Source: Candidatus Nanopelagicales bacterium
GTDB taxonomy: Bacteria; Actinomycetota; Actinomycetes; S36-B12
Length of the DNA: 56,324 nt
Direction of reading: 5' to 3'
Assembly (NCBI GenBank): GCA_044345075.1
Contig: JBIJBU010000001.1
Location: forward strand, 1-56,324
This document shows, piece by piece, positions 1 through 9,939 of this stretch; positions within the stretch are counted from its first letter, which is position 1; every line of letters starts with the position of its first letter. The position numbers and the translations under genes were made by a program. A model generated the notes under the pieces. It worked only from the letters and a program-made list of their open reading frames with translations, was not told where the DNA came from and did not search any database.

Positions 1-1542
1 CGCGGCCATCCCCGGCGCGATGTTGCCGCGCCATTTCTCCGCATGACTCTGCCAGGCTGCTTGGGAGGTCATCGCTTCCACAGCCTCACGGGCGGTCAGC
101 CGCTGGTCATCAGAGTATTCAGGCTCATTCACTAGGGAACGTGTCATTGCGGCTGCGATGATGACCTGCCAGTCAGGCATGGTCACAGGAGCATCCGAGG
201 ACACGCATACGCGAACGCCCGAATCGATTGCAGTGCGCAGTGGCTGTCGGGCAAGGGAGCGCCGCTCGCCGAGGATCGGGACGATGATCCGTCCCATCAT
301 CCAACGGATACCGGGATTCGCATTCAAGGCAAGACCTAGCTCCGACATCCGGCTCAGATCGTCGTGAGTCACAAAGTCTCCATGAATCACGTAGTGCCGA
401 GACTTGCTTGCGGTTCCCGACTCCGCAATAGCATCGAGGAATGTCGTGATCGTTCGATCGCCGATGCTGTGAGCGCCGATCTGCCAACCGCGTGAAGCTG
501 CTGCGCGAACGATCTCCCGTAACTCAGCGACCCGCTCCTCATCGGTGTTTCCCGCCACTTGCAAGTGTCCGCAGCAGCCATCGTCGTAGGGCTCGGTGAC
601 CCAGGCGGTGCGACTACGCGGAACCCCGTCGGCAAAGACCTTGACCTGCGCGATATCTAGGTGGCTCATGCTTCCGCCGTGCGCTGGCGCGCCCCATGCG
701 TCAAGCCCCTCGGCTACCGCTCGTGCCGTGGTGCCGCCAAGGCCGCCATATAACAGCATGAGATTCGCCCGAATGATCAACTCGCCGGATGCATCGAGCT
801 GTCGATAAGCCTCAACCGCACCGAGGTCGCCGGTGCCATCCATCAATGTTCGGGCACCTGGTCCGAGTCCAGGGTCAGTGAAGGCAGTGATCCCGTGCTG
901 AAGCAGGTTGCTCTGGCTGGCAAGAATCGCCTGCTTCTGCTGGGCAACCGTGAGTGCCGGTATCGCGTCGTTGATCACACCGACCGCAGCCTCGTAGACG
1001 AGTCCGGTCGGTGAGCCATCTGCGTAACGCACGAAGATTCCGCCGGAAGGATCGGAGGTTGATTCGCCGACTCCGGCAATCTGAAGTGCCAGGGAATTGC
1101 AGACAGCTTGATGCCCGGAGAAATCACCGAGGATTACCGGGATGCTCGGGAAGATCACGTCGAGGTCAGCGGCGCAGATCGTTCCGGATGGCCCCGACCC
1201 CTGGAAGAGGTTTCCGTTCCATCCGATTCCACGAATCCAGCCATTGGGTTCCGGCTCTGCACCGGCGAGTCGATGCTGGAACTCCTCCAATGAGCGGACG
1301 TCACGCATGTCGTGGGCGGTCAGCGAGCGACCGTACTCGTATCCATGCAGATGCGAGTCATCAATGCCGGGAAGCACGGTGCGGTTACCGGCGTCAATGA
1401 CTGTCGCTCCGGACATGCTCAGCTGCGCGGCGTCGGACTGGTCAACGACTGCCGAAAACACCCCATCCTCGATAGAGAATGCCGAGATTCCCGGGCGCAG
1501 GGGGGCGAGGTTTGCGTTGATGACAATTGTGCGTTGCGACAT
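1..1542 (-). CDS. Amidohydro_3 (YtcJ-like) metal-dependent amidohydrolase. It is partial because the C-terminus lies beyond the window start.
   Basis: This ORF is not in the ORF track because it has no stop inside the window. The reverse-strand frame from ATG at 1542-1540 stays open to position 1. My translation reads MSQRTIVINANLAPLRPG...NRTVLPGIDDSHLHGYEYG...WQIGAHSIGDRTI...VCVSSDAPV. It shows the HxH metal motif and the layout of this hydrolase family. Confidence 0.75.
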   Translation of the reverse strand, partial: MSQRTIVINANLAPLRPGISAFSIEDGVFSAVVDQSDAAQLSMSGATVIDAGNRTVLPGIDDSHLHGYEYGRSLTAHDMRDVRSLEEFQHRLAGAEPEPNGWIRGIGWNGNLFQGSGPSGTICAADLDVIFPSIPVILGDFSGHQAVCNSLALQIAGVGESTSDPSGGIFVRYADGSPTGLVYEAAVGVINDAIPALTVAQQKQAILASQSNLLQHGITAFTDPGLGPGARTLMDGTGDLGAVEAYRQLDASGELIIRANLMLLYGGLGGTTARAVAEGLDAWGAPAHGGSMSHLDIAQVKVFADGVPRSRTAWVTEPYDDGCCGHLQVAGNTDEERVAELREIVRAAASRGWQIGAHSIGDRTITTFLDAIAESGTASKSRHYVIHGDFVTHDDLSRMSELGLALNANPGIRWMMGRIIVPILGERRSLARQPLRTAIDSGVRVCVSSDAPVTMPDWQVIIAAAMTRSLVNEPEYSDDQRLTAREAVEAMTSQAAWQSHAEKWRGNIAPGMAA

Positions 1543-1696
1543 AACCCGCATCGTCTCAGACAGTGGCGGCTAAGTCAGTGAGTTTCGCGGTTGACCGCTC
1601 GAATCCCATTTCGGACCCTGGTGACCAGGCAAGACGGCCTCGAATGGACACCGAGAACATGGGGTAACAGATGGGCACCGACTGTAGGGTCAAGCC

Positions 1697-2128
1697 ATGC
1701 TCAAGGGAATTGATCCTCTGCTTAGTGGTGATCTTCTGCGCATCCTCGATGACATGGGACACGGCGATGTCCTGATGATCGTGGACCGCAATTACCCGGC
1801 GGTAGCCAGCGGCCGTCCGGTGATCAGGCTCGGCGAGGTCACCGTGCTGCGTGCCGCGCAGGCGATTCTCAGCGTGTTCCCTCTCGACTCCTTCATCGAG
1901 CGTCCGCTCGAGCGCATGGAGGTCGACAACGATCCCGCCAAGACGACCCCAACTCAGGACGCCATGCTCACGCTCGCGAGTGACAGCGAGGGTCGATCGC
2001 TTGAGTACGGCATCGTGCCCCGTCTCGATTTCTACGATCGCGCTAAGTCAGCCTTCGCTGTCGTGCACACGCTCGACACCGTGCCCTACGGCTGCTTCTT
2101 CCTGCACAAGGGCGTCATCTTTGGGTAG
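1697..2128 (+). CDS. fucU: L-fucose mutarotase (RbsD/FucU family)
   Basis: The 143-aa product begins MLKGIDPLLSGDLLRILDDMGHGD and ends ...YGCFFLHKGV. It is collinear with E. coli FucU ([24 protein letters not shown]...). Confidence 0.85.
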   Translation: MLKGIDPLLSGDLLRILDDMGHGDVLMIVDRNYPAVASGRPVIRLGEVTVLRAAQAILSVFPLDSFIERPLERMEVDNDPAKTTPTQDAMLTLASDSEGRSLEYGIVPRLDFYDRAKSAFAVVHTLDTVPYGCFFLHKGVIFG

Positions 2129-2460
2129 CGAAGATTGACTAGTCCGTCTTCTCATGCACAGCGCGTTCACCGGGCATGCTGCGATGGCCCGCTTCGCATC
2201 CTTGATGAGATGGTCGGTTACGTCGGTCACTGGGCCACCTGAGTGCAGCACCGGGTAGTCCCATTCGTCGAGACCAGTGAGATCGGGAAGCACTCCGGCG
2301 AAGAAGCCGTGACCATCGCGGGTAGGCGTTTCACTGTGCGTGCGGTCATGCGTTCACGATATTGACGGTGAATCAGAACCAGACCATCTGCTGCCTAAAT
2401 CGGGGTAAGGCTTTCGTGCTCTCAATGGACTCGCCCCTCCACCTGCGTCAAGATGGTGGA

Positions 2461-3729
2461 ATGACCGCGCAATCAGATCTCGTCAGCCTCTTTTCACCCG
2501 GAACCGACGTGGTGAACGGCGAGCTGGTGATTGGCGGAGTTCCAGCCACACAGCTCGCCGCCGAATTCGGAACGCCGGCCTATGTGATCGACGAGGGCTA
2601 CCTGCGGCAACGCGTGCGCGACTATCGCGACGGCCTTGCCGCTCGCTGGCCGAATAGCCGCGTGTACTTCGCATCCAAGTCATTTCCGTCCACGCCTGTG
2701 TATCGAGTGATGGCGGAGGAGGGCATCGGTGTCGATGTTGCCGGCGGAGGCGAGATCGTGATGGCGCTGGCCGCCGGTTTTGCGGGTGCCGATCTGCTCC
2801 TGCATGGCAACGCGAAGACAGATGCCGAGCTGCGCATGGTGCTCGATGCGGGGGTCGGCCTGATCGTGATCGATAACTTCCGCGATATCGAGCGCATCGA
2901 AGAACTTGCATCGTCACCCGTCGACGTACTGGTGCGTGTGCGCCCCAATGTCGGTGCGGCGACACACACGGCGATGGCGACAGCCACTGACGCTTCGAAG
3001 TTTGGTCTGCGTCTCGATGACGCACGCGAGGCGATTCGGCGTATCGAGGCATCGACGAATCTGGTGATGAAGGGCCTGCATGTTCACGTGGGTTCGCAGA
3101 TTCTGCAGGCTGCTCCCTTCGCCGAGGCGATCGCTGCGATCGGTACGCTCGGCGATTTCGAGATCTACGATCTGGGTGGCGGCCTTGGTGAGCGTTACAC
3201 CTATGCCGACCCCGACCTAAGCCTCGATGAGTACCTCGACGCAGTCGTCGGTGCTGCGCGCGCTGCGCTGCCCGCGAATGCGCGGATCCTGCTTGAACCC
3301 GGTCGATCACTCGTCGCTCGCGCCGGGTGCACCTTGTATGAAGTGGTGAACGTCAAAGAGTCAGACAGCCCTTTGGCCCCGACCTTTGTCGCGATCAACG
3401 GAGGCATGGCCGACAACCTCGAGGTCTCGCTCTATGGTCAGCGCTTCGAGGCGACCATCGTCGATGCGGTGGGAGGCGGTGAGTCGGTCAGTCTGGTCGG
3501 ACGACACTGCGAGTCGGGCGACATGCTCTCCGAGGGCGTGCTCCTGCAGAACCCGGAGCCAGGCGACATCGTGGCCGTGCCCGTGACGGGCGCCTACTGC
3601 TTCACCATGTCGAATAACTACAACGGCGCCCTGCGGCCGCCTGTCATCTTCGTTCGCGAGGGCCAAGCCCGTGCAGTCGTGCGCAGGGAGACCTACGATG
3701 ACCTAATTGCCCGAGATATGGTGATTTAA
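2461..3729 (+). CDS. lysA: Diaminopimelate decarboxylase (PLP-dependent, Orn/DAP/Arg decarboxylase group IV)
   Basis: Supporting motifs are YFASKSF, HGNAKTDAEL, GRHCESGD and PVTGAYCFTMSNNYNGALRPPVIFV...RRETYDDL. These closely resemble actinobacterial LysA. I trimmed the ORF-track start (2362, TTG) to ATG 2461 (MTAQSDL). ATG 2425 is an alternative start. Confidence 0.8.
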   Translation: MTAQSDLVSLFSPGTDVVNGELVIGGVPATQLAAEFGTPAYVIDEGYLRQRVRDYRDGLAARWPNSRVYFASKSFPSTPVYRVMAEEGIGVDVAGGGEIVMALAAGFAGADLLLHGNAKTDAELRMVLDAGVGLIVIDNFRDIERIEELASSPVDVLVRVRPNVGAATHTAMATATDASKFGLRLDDAREAIRRIEASTNLVMKGLHVHVGSQILQAAPFAEAIAAIGTLGDFEIYDLGGGLGERYTYADPDLSLDEYLDAVVGAARAALPANARILLEPGRSLVARAGCTLYEVVNVKESDSPLAPTFVAINGGMADNLEVSLYGQRFEATIVDAVGGGESVSLVGRHCESGDMLSEGVLLQNPEPGDIVAVPVTGAYCFTMSNNYNGALRPPVIFVREGQARAVVRRETYDDLIARDMVI

Positions 3730-3823
3730 CATCGGAATTCGCGGATCTACCCATCGGTAATATCTGAGGCCGTACGATCGGCACAGCAGCTTTTCGGCTG
3801 CACCACACGTTATGGAGAACTAG

Positions 3824-4750
3824 ATGCTGAACCGACGCATGGGCGCCTCACTGGCCGCCCTGGGCGCAACCGCCCTTCTGCTCGCCGCCTGCGGCGGCTC
3901 GTCCAGCTCCACCGCCTCGAGTGCAGCTCCGGCTGCATCCACCGCAGCTTCTGAAGCTGCCGGCGTCGGTGCTTCCGCAGCCCTGCTGCCGCAGGAGTAC
4001 AAGGACAAGGGCGTCGTCAACGTCGCCAGCGACATCCCCTACCCCCCGATGGAGATCCTGAACGAAGACGGCACCGTGTCGGGTCTCGATTACGACCTGT
4101 CGCAGGCCCTCGGCCAGCAGCTGGGCGTGAAGTTCAGCTTCAACAAGCAGGCCTGGGATTCGATCATCCCGTCGCTGCAGTCGGGTAACCACGACATCAT
4201 CATGTCGGGCATGAACGACACCCTCGAGCGCCAGCAGACCCTTGACTTCGTCGATTACTTCCTCGGCGGCTTCTCGATCCTGGTCGCCAAGGGCAACCCC
4301 GATGGCATCACCTCGCTCAAGGATCTTTGCGGCAAGACTGTCGCCGAGGAGGTCGAGGTTGCTCAGATCGCTCTCATCAAGGCTGTTGCCAAGGAGTGCC
4401 CGGCCGGCCAGACCATTGAGATCATCGAACTGCCGACTGACGGCGACGCACAGAACGCCGTTCGTGCGGGCAAGGCTTCAGCAGACGTCCTCGACGCAGC
4501 AGTTGCCGGCTACAGCGCCGCAACCGCACCTGATCTCTTCGAGGTCGTCGTGGATCCCAATGAGCCCAACGGTGTCGAGCCGGTCTACACCGGCATCGGC
4601 ATTCTCAAGGAGGATTCCGGTCTGACCGCAGCACTCCAGGCTGCACTGCAGGAGCTCATGGACAATGGCACCTACATGGAGATCATGAACAAGTACGGCC
4701 TGGGCCAGTACGCGATCACTGAGGCGATCGTCAACGGCACCAAGGCCTGA
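3824..4750 (+). CDS. Polar amino-acid ABC transporter substrate-binding lipoprotein (family 3 SBP)
   Basis: The signal peptide carries a lipobox (LLLAACGGSSSS). The mature part matches the SBP_bac_3 pattern (DIPYPPME..., SGMNDTLERQ). It is followed by permease and ATPase genes. Confidence 0.85.
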   Translation: MLNRRMGASLAALGATALLLAACGGSSSSTASSAAPAASTAASEAAGVGASAALLPQEYKDKGVVNVASDIPYPPMEILNEDGTVSGLDYDLSQALGQQLGVKFSFNKQAWDSIIPSLQSGNHDIIMSGMNDTLERQQTLDFVDYFLGGFSILVAKGNPDGITSLKDLCGKTVAEEVEVAQIALIKAVAKECPAGQTIEIIELPTDGDAQNAVRAGKASADVLDAAVAGYSAATAPDLFEVVVDPNEPNGVEPVYTGIGILKEDSGLTAALQAALQELMDNGTYMEIMNKYGLGQYAITEAIVNGTKA

Positions 4751-4804
4751 TCTGACGCTGTTCAGATCTGACCTTGCATAACTGAACCGGGAAGGGGAAT
4801 CGTC

Positions 4805-5770
4805 ATGACCACCGACGTCGAGCGTTCGACGGCCGATGATGTCGTGGCGATTCCCCTTCGCCATCCCTGGCGCTGGATTGCCGCAGCAGCAGTCATCGTC
4901 ATCCTGGGACTGCTTCTCAACTCCATCTGGAACAACGAGAACATCGCCAAGCAGTACATCTGGCAGTACATCTTCGATCCGCGCATTATCAAGGGCGTCT
5001 GGATCACCCTCGCAGTCACGGTGATCGCGATGGTGATCGCCACCATCCTCGCGATCATTCTCGCGATCATGCGCATGTCATCGAACCCCGTGCTGCGCGG
5101 AGTTTCGTTCCTCTACATTTGGTTCTTCCGCGGTACCCCGTTGCTCGTACAGATTGTCTTTTGGGGGTACCTGGGCCTGCTCTACAAGCAGATTTCGCTC
5201 GGCGTTCCTCTTACCGACTTCCACATCTTCGCGGTCGACACCAACACGCTGATCCCCGCCTTCGTGGGCGGCGTGATCGCACTGAGCCTCAACGAGGCTG
5301 CCTATGCGGCCGAGATCGTGCGCGCAGGCCTGCTCTCGATCGATCACGGCCAAAAAGAGGCGGCCTACTCGCTCGGCATGGGCCCCGGCTACACGCTGCG
5401 CCGCATCATTCTTCCGCAGTCAATGAAGGTGATCATCCCGCCGATGGGCAACGAGACCATCTCGATGCTGAAGAACACCTCCCTGCTGGCCATCGTCGCT
5501 GTACCGGAGCTCTATACGGCAGCGAGCCAGATCTCCGCGGGTAACCTGCGTCAGGTTGAGCTGCTGATCGTGGCAAGTCTGTGGTACCTCTTCATCACAT
5601 CGGTACTCTCCGTCCCGCAGTTCTACCTGGAGCGCTACTACGCGCGTGGCAACTCGCGTGAGCTCCCACCGACACCTATGCAGCAGCTCAAGCGCGCGAT
5701 CGGCCGAATGCAAGGTCGAGCTGACAACCGTCGCATTGCCGCGAAGGCTCACGAGGAGGCCGGATCATGA
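4805..5770 (+). CDS. Amino-acid ABC transporter permease (His/Glu/Gln/Arg/opine family)
   Basis: The product is a multi-pass hydrophobic protein with an EAA-like loop ([22 protein letters not shown]). A GAAGGGGA RBS precedes the ATG. Its stop overlaps the next start (ATGA at 5767). Confidence 0.85.
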   Translation: MTTDVERSTADDVVAIPLRHPWRWIAAAAVIVILGLLLNSIWNNENIAKQYIWQYIFDPRIIKGVWITLAVTVIAMVIATILAIILAIMRMSSNPVLRGVSFLYIWFFRGTPLLVQIVFWGYLGLLYKQISLGVPLTDFHIFAVDTNTLIPAFVGGVIALSLNEAAYAAEIVRAGLLSIDHGQKEAAYSLGMGPGYTLRRIILPQSMKVIIPPMGNETISMLKNTSLLAIVAVPELYTAASQISAGNLRQVELLIVASLWYLFITSVLSVPQFYLERYYARGNSRELPPTPMQQLKRAIGRMQGRADNRRIAAKAHEEAGS

Positions 5771-6537
5771 GCGAGCAAGAGCTGATGGTCGATGCCCGCG
5801 GCGTACGCAAGTGGTTCGGTTCCCATGAGGTGCTCAAATCGATCTCGCTGACAATCCCGCGTGGTGAAGTGCTCTCCCTTCTTGGCCCTTCGGGTTCCGG
5901 AAAGTCCACCTTCCTGCGCTGCATCAACCATCTCGAGAGCATTGATGGCGGACGCATCTACGTCGACGGCGAACTGATCGGATACCGGGAGCGCGGCGAC
6001 AAGATTCACGAGATGAAGCCGCGCGAGATCGCCAAGCAGCGCCGCAAGGTCGGCATGGTCTTCCAGCGTTTCAATCTCTTCCCGCACATGACAGCCCTGG
6101 GCAACATCATCGACGCACCCATGGGCGTCAATGGTGACTCCAAGGTTGATGCCACGGCTCACGCGCGTGAGCTTCTCGAGCTCGTGGGCCTGGCCGATAA
6201 AGCTGATGCCTACCCCGCACAGTTATCGGGTGGCCAGCAGCAGCGTGTGGCCATCGCCCGTGCGCTCGCGATGAAGCCGACGCTGATGCTCTTTGATGAG
6301 CCGACCTCCGCGCTCGATCCCGAGCTCGTAGGCGATGTGCTCGACGTCATGCGCAATCTTGCGAAGTCAGGCATGACCATGATCGTGGTCACGCATGAGA
6401 TTGGCTTCTCTCGTGAGGTCGCCGATCGCATGGTCTTCATGGATGACGGACTGGTGATCGAGACAGGTGCCCCTCGCGATGTGCTGGACAACCCGCAGCA
6501 CCCGCGCACCCAGGCCTTCCTCGAGTCCGTGCTCTAG
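5767..6537 (+). CDS. Amino-acid ABC transporter ATP-binding protein (GlnQ-like)
   Basis: It has Walker [10 protein letters not shown], the ABC signature [15 protein letters not shown] and Walker [13 protein letters not shown]. Confidence 0.9.
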   Translation: MSEQELMVDARGVRKWFGSHEVLKSISLTIPRGEVLSLLGPSGSGKSTFLRCINHLESIDGGRIYVDGELIGYRERGDKIHEMKPREIAKQRRKVGMVFQRFNLFPHMTALGNIIDAPMGVNGDSKVDATAHARELLELVGLADKADAYPAQLSGGQQQRVAIARALAMKPTLMLFDEPTSALDPELVGDVLDVMRNLAKSGMTMIVVTHEIGFSREVADRMVFMDDGLVIETGAPRDVLDNPQHPRTQAFLESVL

Positions 6538-6547
6538 CCTCAGCGAC

Positions 6548-7930
6548 ATGACACTTGTCGCCGGAGTTGATTCCTCCACCCAGTCGGTCAAAGTTGTCAT
6601 TCGCGATGCCGACTCGGGCGAACTGATTCGCGAAGCACGGGCCCCGCACCCCGAAGGCACCGCTGTTGATCCACATGCTTGGTGGTCGGCACTGGGTACT
6701 GCACTTGATGGAATGCTCGACGGCGTCTCGGCGATCGCCGTAGCCGGGCAGCAGCACGGAATGGTGGTCCTCGACTCCGCAGGCGAACCTGTGCGTGATG
6801 CGCTCTTGTGGAATGACACTCGGTCGGCAGCAGCAGCCGACGATCTCGTGCGTGAATGGGGAGGCCCCCAGGCTTGGGCCGATGCAGTCGGCAGTGTTCC
6901 AGTAGCAGCTTTTACTGTCAGCAAGGCTCGGTGGCTCGCCCAGCACGAGCCTGACAATGCCGCGCGGGCCGAGTCGATGATGCTTCCGCACGACTACCTC
7001 ACCTGGCGACTGGCCGGCTGCCCCGATGTCGCGACTACTGACCGAGGCGATGTCTCGGGTACCGGTTATTGGTCACCGGCCACCGGTGAGTACCGCGACG
7101 ATCTCTTCGAGCTGGCCTTTGGTCGACAGCTCAGGCTCCCGCGAGTGGCCGCGCCTGCGGAGATCGTCGGCGAGACTTCCGCGGGAATTGCGATTGCTCC
7201 AGGTACCGGCGACAACATGGGTGCCGCGCTTGCCCTTGAGCTCGCCCCGGGTGACGTCGTCGTGTCACTGGGCACGTCGGGCACCGCCTTCGCCTGTTCC
7301 TCCGTGCCCTCGGCCGACGCATCCGGCGCGGTTGCCGGATTCGCCGATGCCACCGGACGATTCCTGCCACTTGTCTGCACCCTCAATGCCGCGCGAATCC
7401 TGACATCCACTGCGGCGATGCTGGGTGTCGGATTCAATGAACTAGCCGAACTTGCTCTTTCGGCTCCCGCAGGCTCTGGCGGGCTGGTGCTACTGCCCTA
7501 CTTCGATGGTGAGCGCACCCCGAATCTGCCGGATGCCACAGGCTCCCTGCACGGCATCACTCGGGCGAACTACACGCCGGCGAACATCGCGCGGTCCGCA
7601 TACGAGGGAATGCTGTGTGGCCTGGCTGATGCTGTTGACGCGCTAGTCGATGTTGGCGTGAAGCCCGGGCGCATCATGCTCGTGGGCGGGGCCGCAGCCA
7701 ACACGGCAGTTGCTCAGATCGCCACCACTCTTTTTGATGCGCCTATCGAGATCCCAACTCCGGGCGAGTACGTCGCCGATGGTGCAGCTCGGCAGGCGGC
7801 ATGGGCAATCAGCGGTGCCACCGCACCGCCAGCATGGAATCTCGGTGCTGCGGGGTCACGATTCGAGGCTGCTCCGATGGCCAGCGTGCGTGAGGCCTAT
7901 GCCGCAGCGCGTGACCGCTTCACTCAGTAA
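6548..7930 (+). CDS. xylB: Xylulokinase (FGGY carbohydrate kinase)
   Basis: The sequence [17 protein letters not shown]...GQQHGMV...LWNDTRS...[10 protein letters not shown]...[12 protein letters not shown] is typical of actinobacterial XylB. I trimmed the start from 6467 to ATG 6548, just after the upstream stop. Confidence 0.8.
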   Translation: MTLVAGVDSSTQSVKVVIRDADSGELIREARAPHPEGTAVDPHAWWSALGTALDGMLDGVSAIAVAGQQHGMVVLDSAGEPVRDALLWNDTRSAAAADDLVREWGGPQAWADAVGSVPVAAFTVSKARWLAQHEPDNAARAESMMLPHDYLTWRLAGCPDVATTDRGDVSGTGYWSPATGEYRDDLFELAFGRQLRLPRVAAPAEIVGETSAGIAIAPGTGDNMGAALALELAPGDVVVSLGTSGTAFACSSVPSADASGAVAGFADATGRFLPLVCTLNAARILTSTAAMLGVGFNELAELALSAPAGSGGLVLLPYFDGERTPNLPDATGSLHGITRANYTPANIARSAYEGMLCGLADAVDALVDVGVKPGRIMLVGGAAANTAVAQIATTLFDAPIEIPTPGEYVADGAARQAAWAISGATAPPAWNLGAAGSRFEAAPMASVREAYAAARDRFTQ

Positions 7931-8382
7931 ACGTAGACCCGAGTTCCGATCGGGGAGTTCCGGTAAAGCCATTCGGCTGCCTTGAGATCCCGGAGATTCA
8001 CGCAGCCGTGCGATGCGCCGTTGTAGCCATCCCGGCGAAAGTACTGCGAGTAGTGAATGCTCTCGGAGCCGTTGTAGAAGAGCGAGTAGGGCATCGGTGT
8101 GCCGTAGTCGGTCGATCGGTGATCCTTGGACTTTCGATAGACCCGGAAATCACCGAGATCAGTCGGGTAACGGGGTGAGCCGATGCGAATGTCCATCGTG
8201 CGCACCACCTGGCCGTCACGCACGTAGCGCAGTGCCAAGAATGTGGTGTCCACGCAGATCGTAGTCGCGATCTTGCAGGCACGTGGAATCGCCGGAAGGT
8301 CGGCATCCTCGGCGTGAGCGGAGTGCACCGGCAGGAGCCCTAGTGTCAGGGCTGCGAGAGTGAAGGCGATTGCTCGTCTCAT
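7924..8382 (-). CDS. Secreted L,D-transpeptidase (YkuD domain)
   Basis: It has a signal peptide ([24 protein letters not shown]) and the catalytic motif SHGCVNL near the C-terminus. Its start overlaps the upstream stop (ATGA at 8382-8379). Confidence 0.8.
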   Translation of the reverse strand: MRRAIAFTLAALTLGLLPVHSAHAEDADLPAIPRACKIATTICVDTTFLALRYVRDGQVVRTMDIRIGSPRYPTDLGDFRVYRKSKDHRSTDYGTPMPYSLFYNGSESIHYSQYFRRDGYNGASHGCVNLRDLKAAEWLYRNSPIGTRVYVY

Positions 8383-9920
8383 GACCGAGAGTCTAGAAGG
8401 CCCATCAGAGCCGCGATGCCGAGTACGGATCGGGGTGCGTAAGCGGTTCGCCAGAGGCCGCCGTGATTGGCGAGCGCACTGAATTGATCCATTGGATTTG
8501 CCAGGGGAGTGTCGGGATTGGCAACCGAGGCGGGATTGCGAAGATCGTGCACGAGCAGGGCGGCCATCAGCACTGTCGAAGTTGCTGGCTCGAAGATCTC
8601 GACTCCGAACCGCCCTGCACCGGCGTAGGCAGCGGAGAGTGCTCGGTTCTTGATCACTGATTGCGTGCGAGTGGCAGGTGCGAGGTTCAAGGAGACGGGA
8701 ACGCCTTGTGCACGCGAATACAGGGCACGCCAGCGCTGAATGCGCTTGGCCAGGGCGTAGTTCGGGCCCTGTTGCGGAATCAAGGAGTCATTGATGCCGA
8801 TCTCGCGACCCTCAGGGGTGACGTAGACATCGGGATAGTTCGGCTCGAACTGGCCCGCCATGCGAAGTGGCGCCTGGAAGAGAGCGGCAAAGCCGCGTGC
8901 GTCCCAACGCCGCTGCGCCTCGGTCACGGCCTCGATCGGCACCATGAATACGTCGGTAGGCGTGGCCAGGAATGCGAGCGTGATGTCGTCGCGGCGATTG
9001 ATGAGGTCATCGGCTATCGCATCTGCAGCGACTGAGAGAAGTGCGTGTGTTGCCCCATCGGCGTAGGCATACGTGCCCAGAACGAAAGGCTGATCAATGA
9101 CATCGAGCCAGGTACGGATCTCGGGTGCGTGCGTCAGCAGATTCACGCCGGCATGCTGCGCCACGTTGATGTCGTCATCCGGGTGCAACAGGCCCCCAAC
9201 AACAAAGGGCGGCTGACCCTCGGCGTCGAGTGCGATCGGGATGCGCATTGCTCCCGCAGTGCTGCGAGTCGTCTGAATCAGCTTCTCCCACAGTGTCGGG
9301 CGTGGCAGATCGACGGCGTGAATACGTGCGCCCCAGCGCAGGAGTGACCGAGTCGGACCCATCTCCGCCGAGGCACCAAGAATCGCGACATCGACATCAG
9401 TGAGATCGAGCCAGTCCGGGTTGTCGAGCACCGCGTGCATGGCCACGGCGAAACCCGGCTCGGCGATTCCGTCGCGCACCCACGTGTCGATCTGGGTGCG
9501 CAGTTCAGCCCCGAAGAGCCGCTTGCCGCGATACGGGACCGAGAGATCCTTTTCCCTCGCGGCGTGTCCGCGCACATCAACAGAGGCGAGGCCAGGTGCA
9601 GAGAACATTGCCATGGCCTCAGCAAGCGACTGCTCGACTCCATTGCGGCTCATGCGGAAACGCCGATGCGCAGACGAAAGTCCCTGCTCGGCGACACTCA
9701 GGGCAGCAGCCGGCGAAGAGGTCGCGCTGACGATGATGTCGCGCAGGGGTGTCAGGTAGCCCGATCGCCAGTCACGGGTGTGCTCGATACGAGCGGCGAG
9801 ATCTGGATCAATCTCACGGACGCTGTCAGCGAAGATGGCTCGACCGGTAGCACTCGTACTGCGCTCACCATCACCGCCGGCAGGAAAGCAGACGCCTTCC
9901 GGTGACTGATTCGATGCCAT
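8379..9920 (-). CDS. Hypothetical 513-aa protein with a possible Rossmann-like nucleotide-binding stretch
   Basis: This is a long ORF with coding-like composition. The stretch DVAILGASAEMGPTRSLLRWGARIHAVDLP resembles a GxSxxxG dinucleotide-binding loop followed by an acidic residue. I recognise no family. It is tightly packed within the minus-strand operon. Confidence 0.6.
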   Translation of the reverse strand: MASNQSPEGVCFPAGGDGERSTSATGRAIFADSVREIDPDLAARIEHTRDWRSGYLTPLRDIIVSATSSPAAALSVAEQGLSSAHRRFRMSRNGVEQSLAEAMAMFSAPGLASVDVRGHAAREKDLSVPYRGKRLFGAELRTQIDTWVRDGIAEPGFAVAMHAVLDNPDWLDLTDVDVAILGASAEMGPTRSLLRWGARIHAVDLPRPTLWEKLIQTTRSTAGAMRIPIALDAEGQPPFVVGGLLHPDDDINVAQHAGVNLLTHAPEIRTWLDVIDQPFVLGTYAYADGATHALLSVAADAIADDLINRRDDITLAFLATPTDVFMVPIEAVTEAQRRWDARGFAALFQAPLRMAGQFEPNYPDVYVTPEGREIGINDSLIPQQGPNYALAKRIQRWRALYSRAQGVPVSLNLAPATRTQSVIKNRALSAAYAGAGRFGVEIFEPATSTVLMAALLVHDLRNPASVANPDTPLANPMDQFSALANHGGLWRTAYAPRSVLGIAALMGLLDSRS

Positions 9921-9939
9921 TAGCGCAGATTAGTCGGAT

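Noticed and set aside
3730-3823. A possible riboswitch or terminator lies between lysA and the SBP gene.
   Set aside because: Only a weak 5-bp hairpin (GCAGC-TTTTCG-GCTGC) is present. I could recognise no conserved riboswitch core (for example the lysine L-box).
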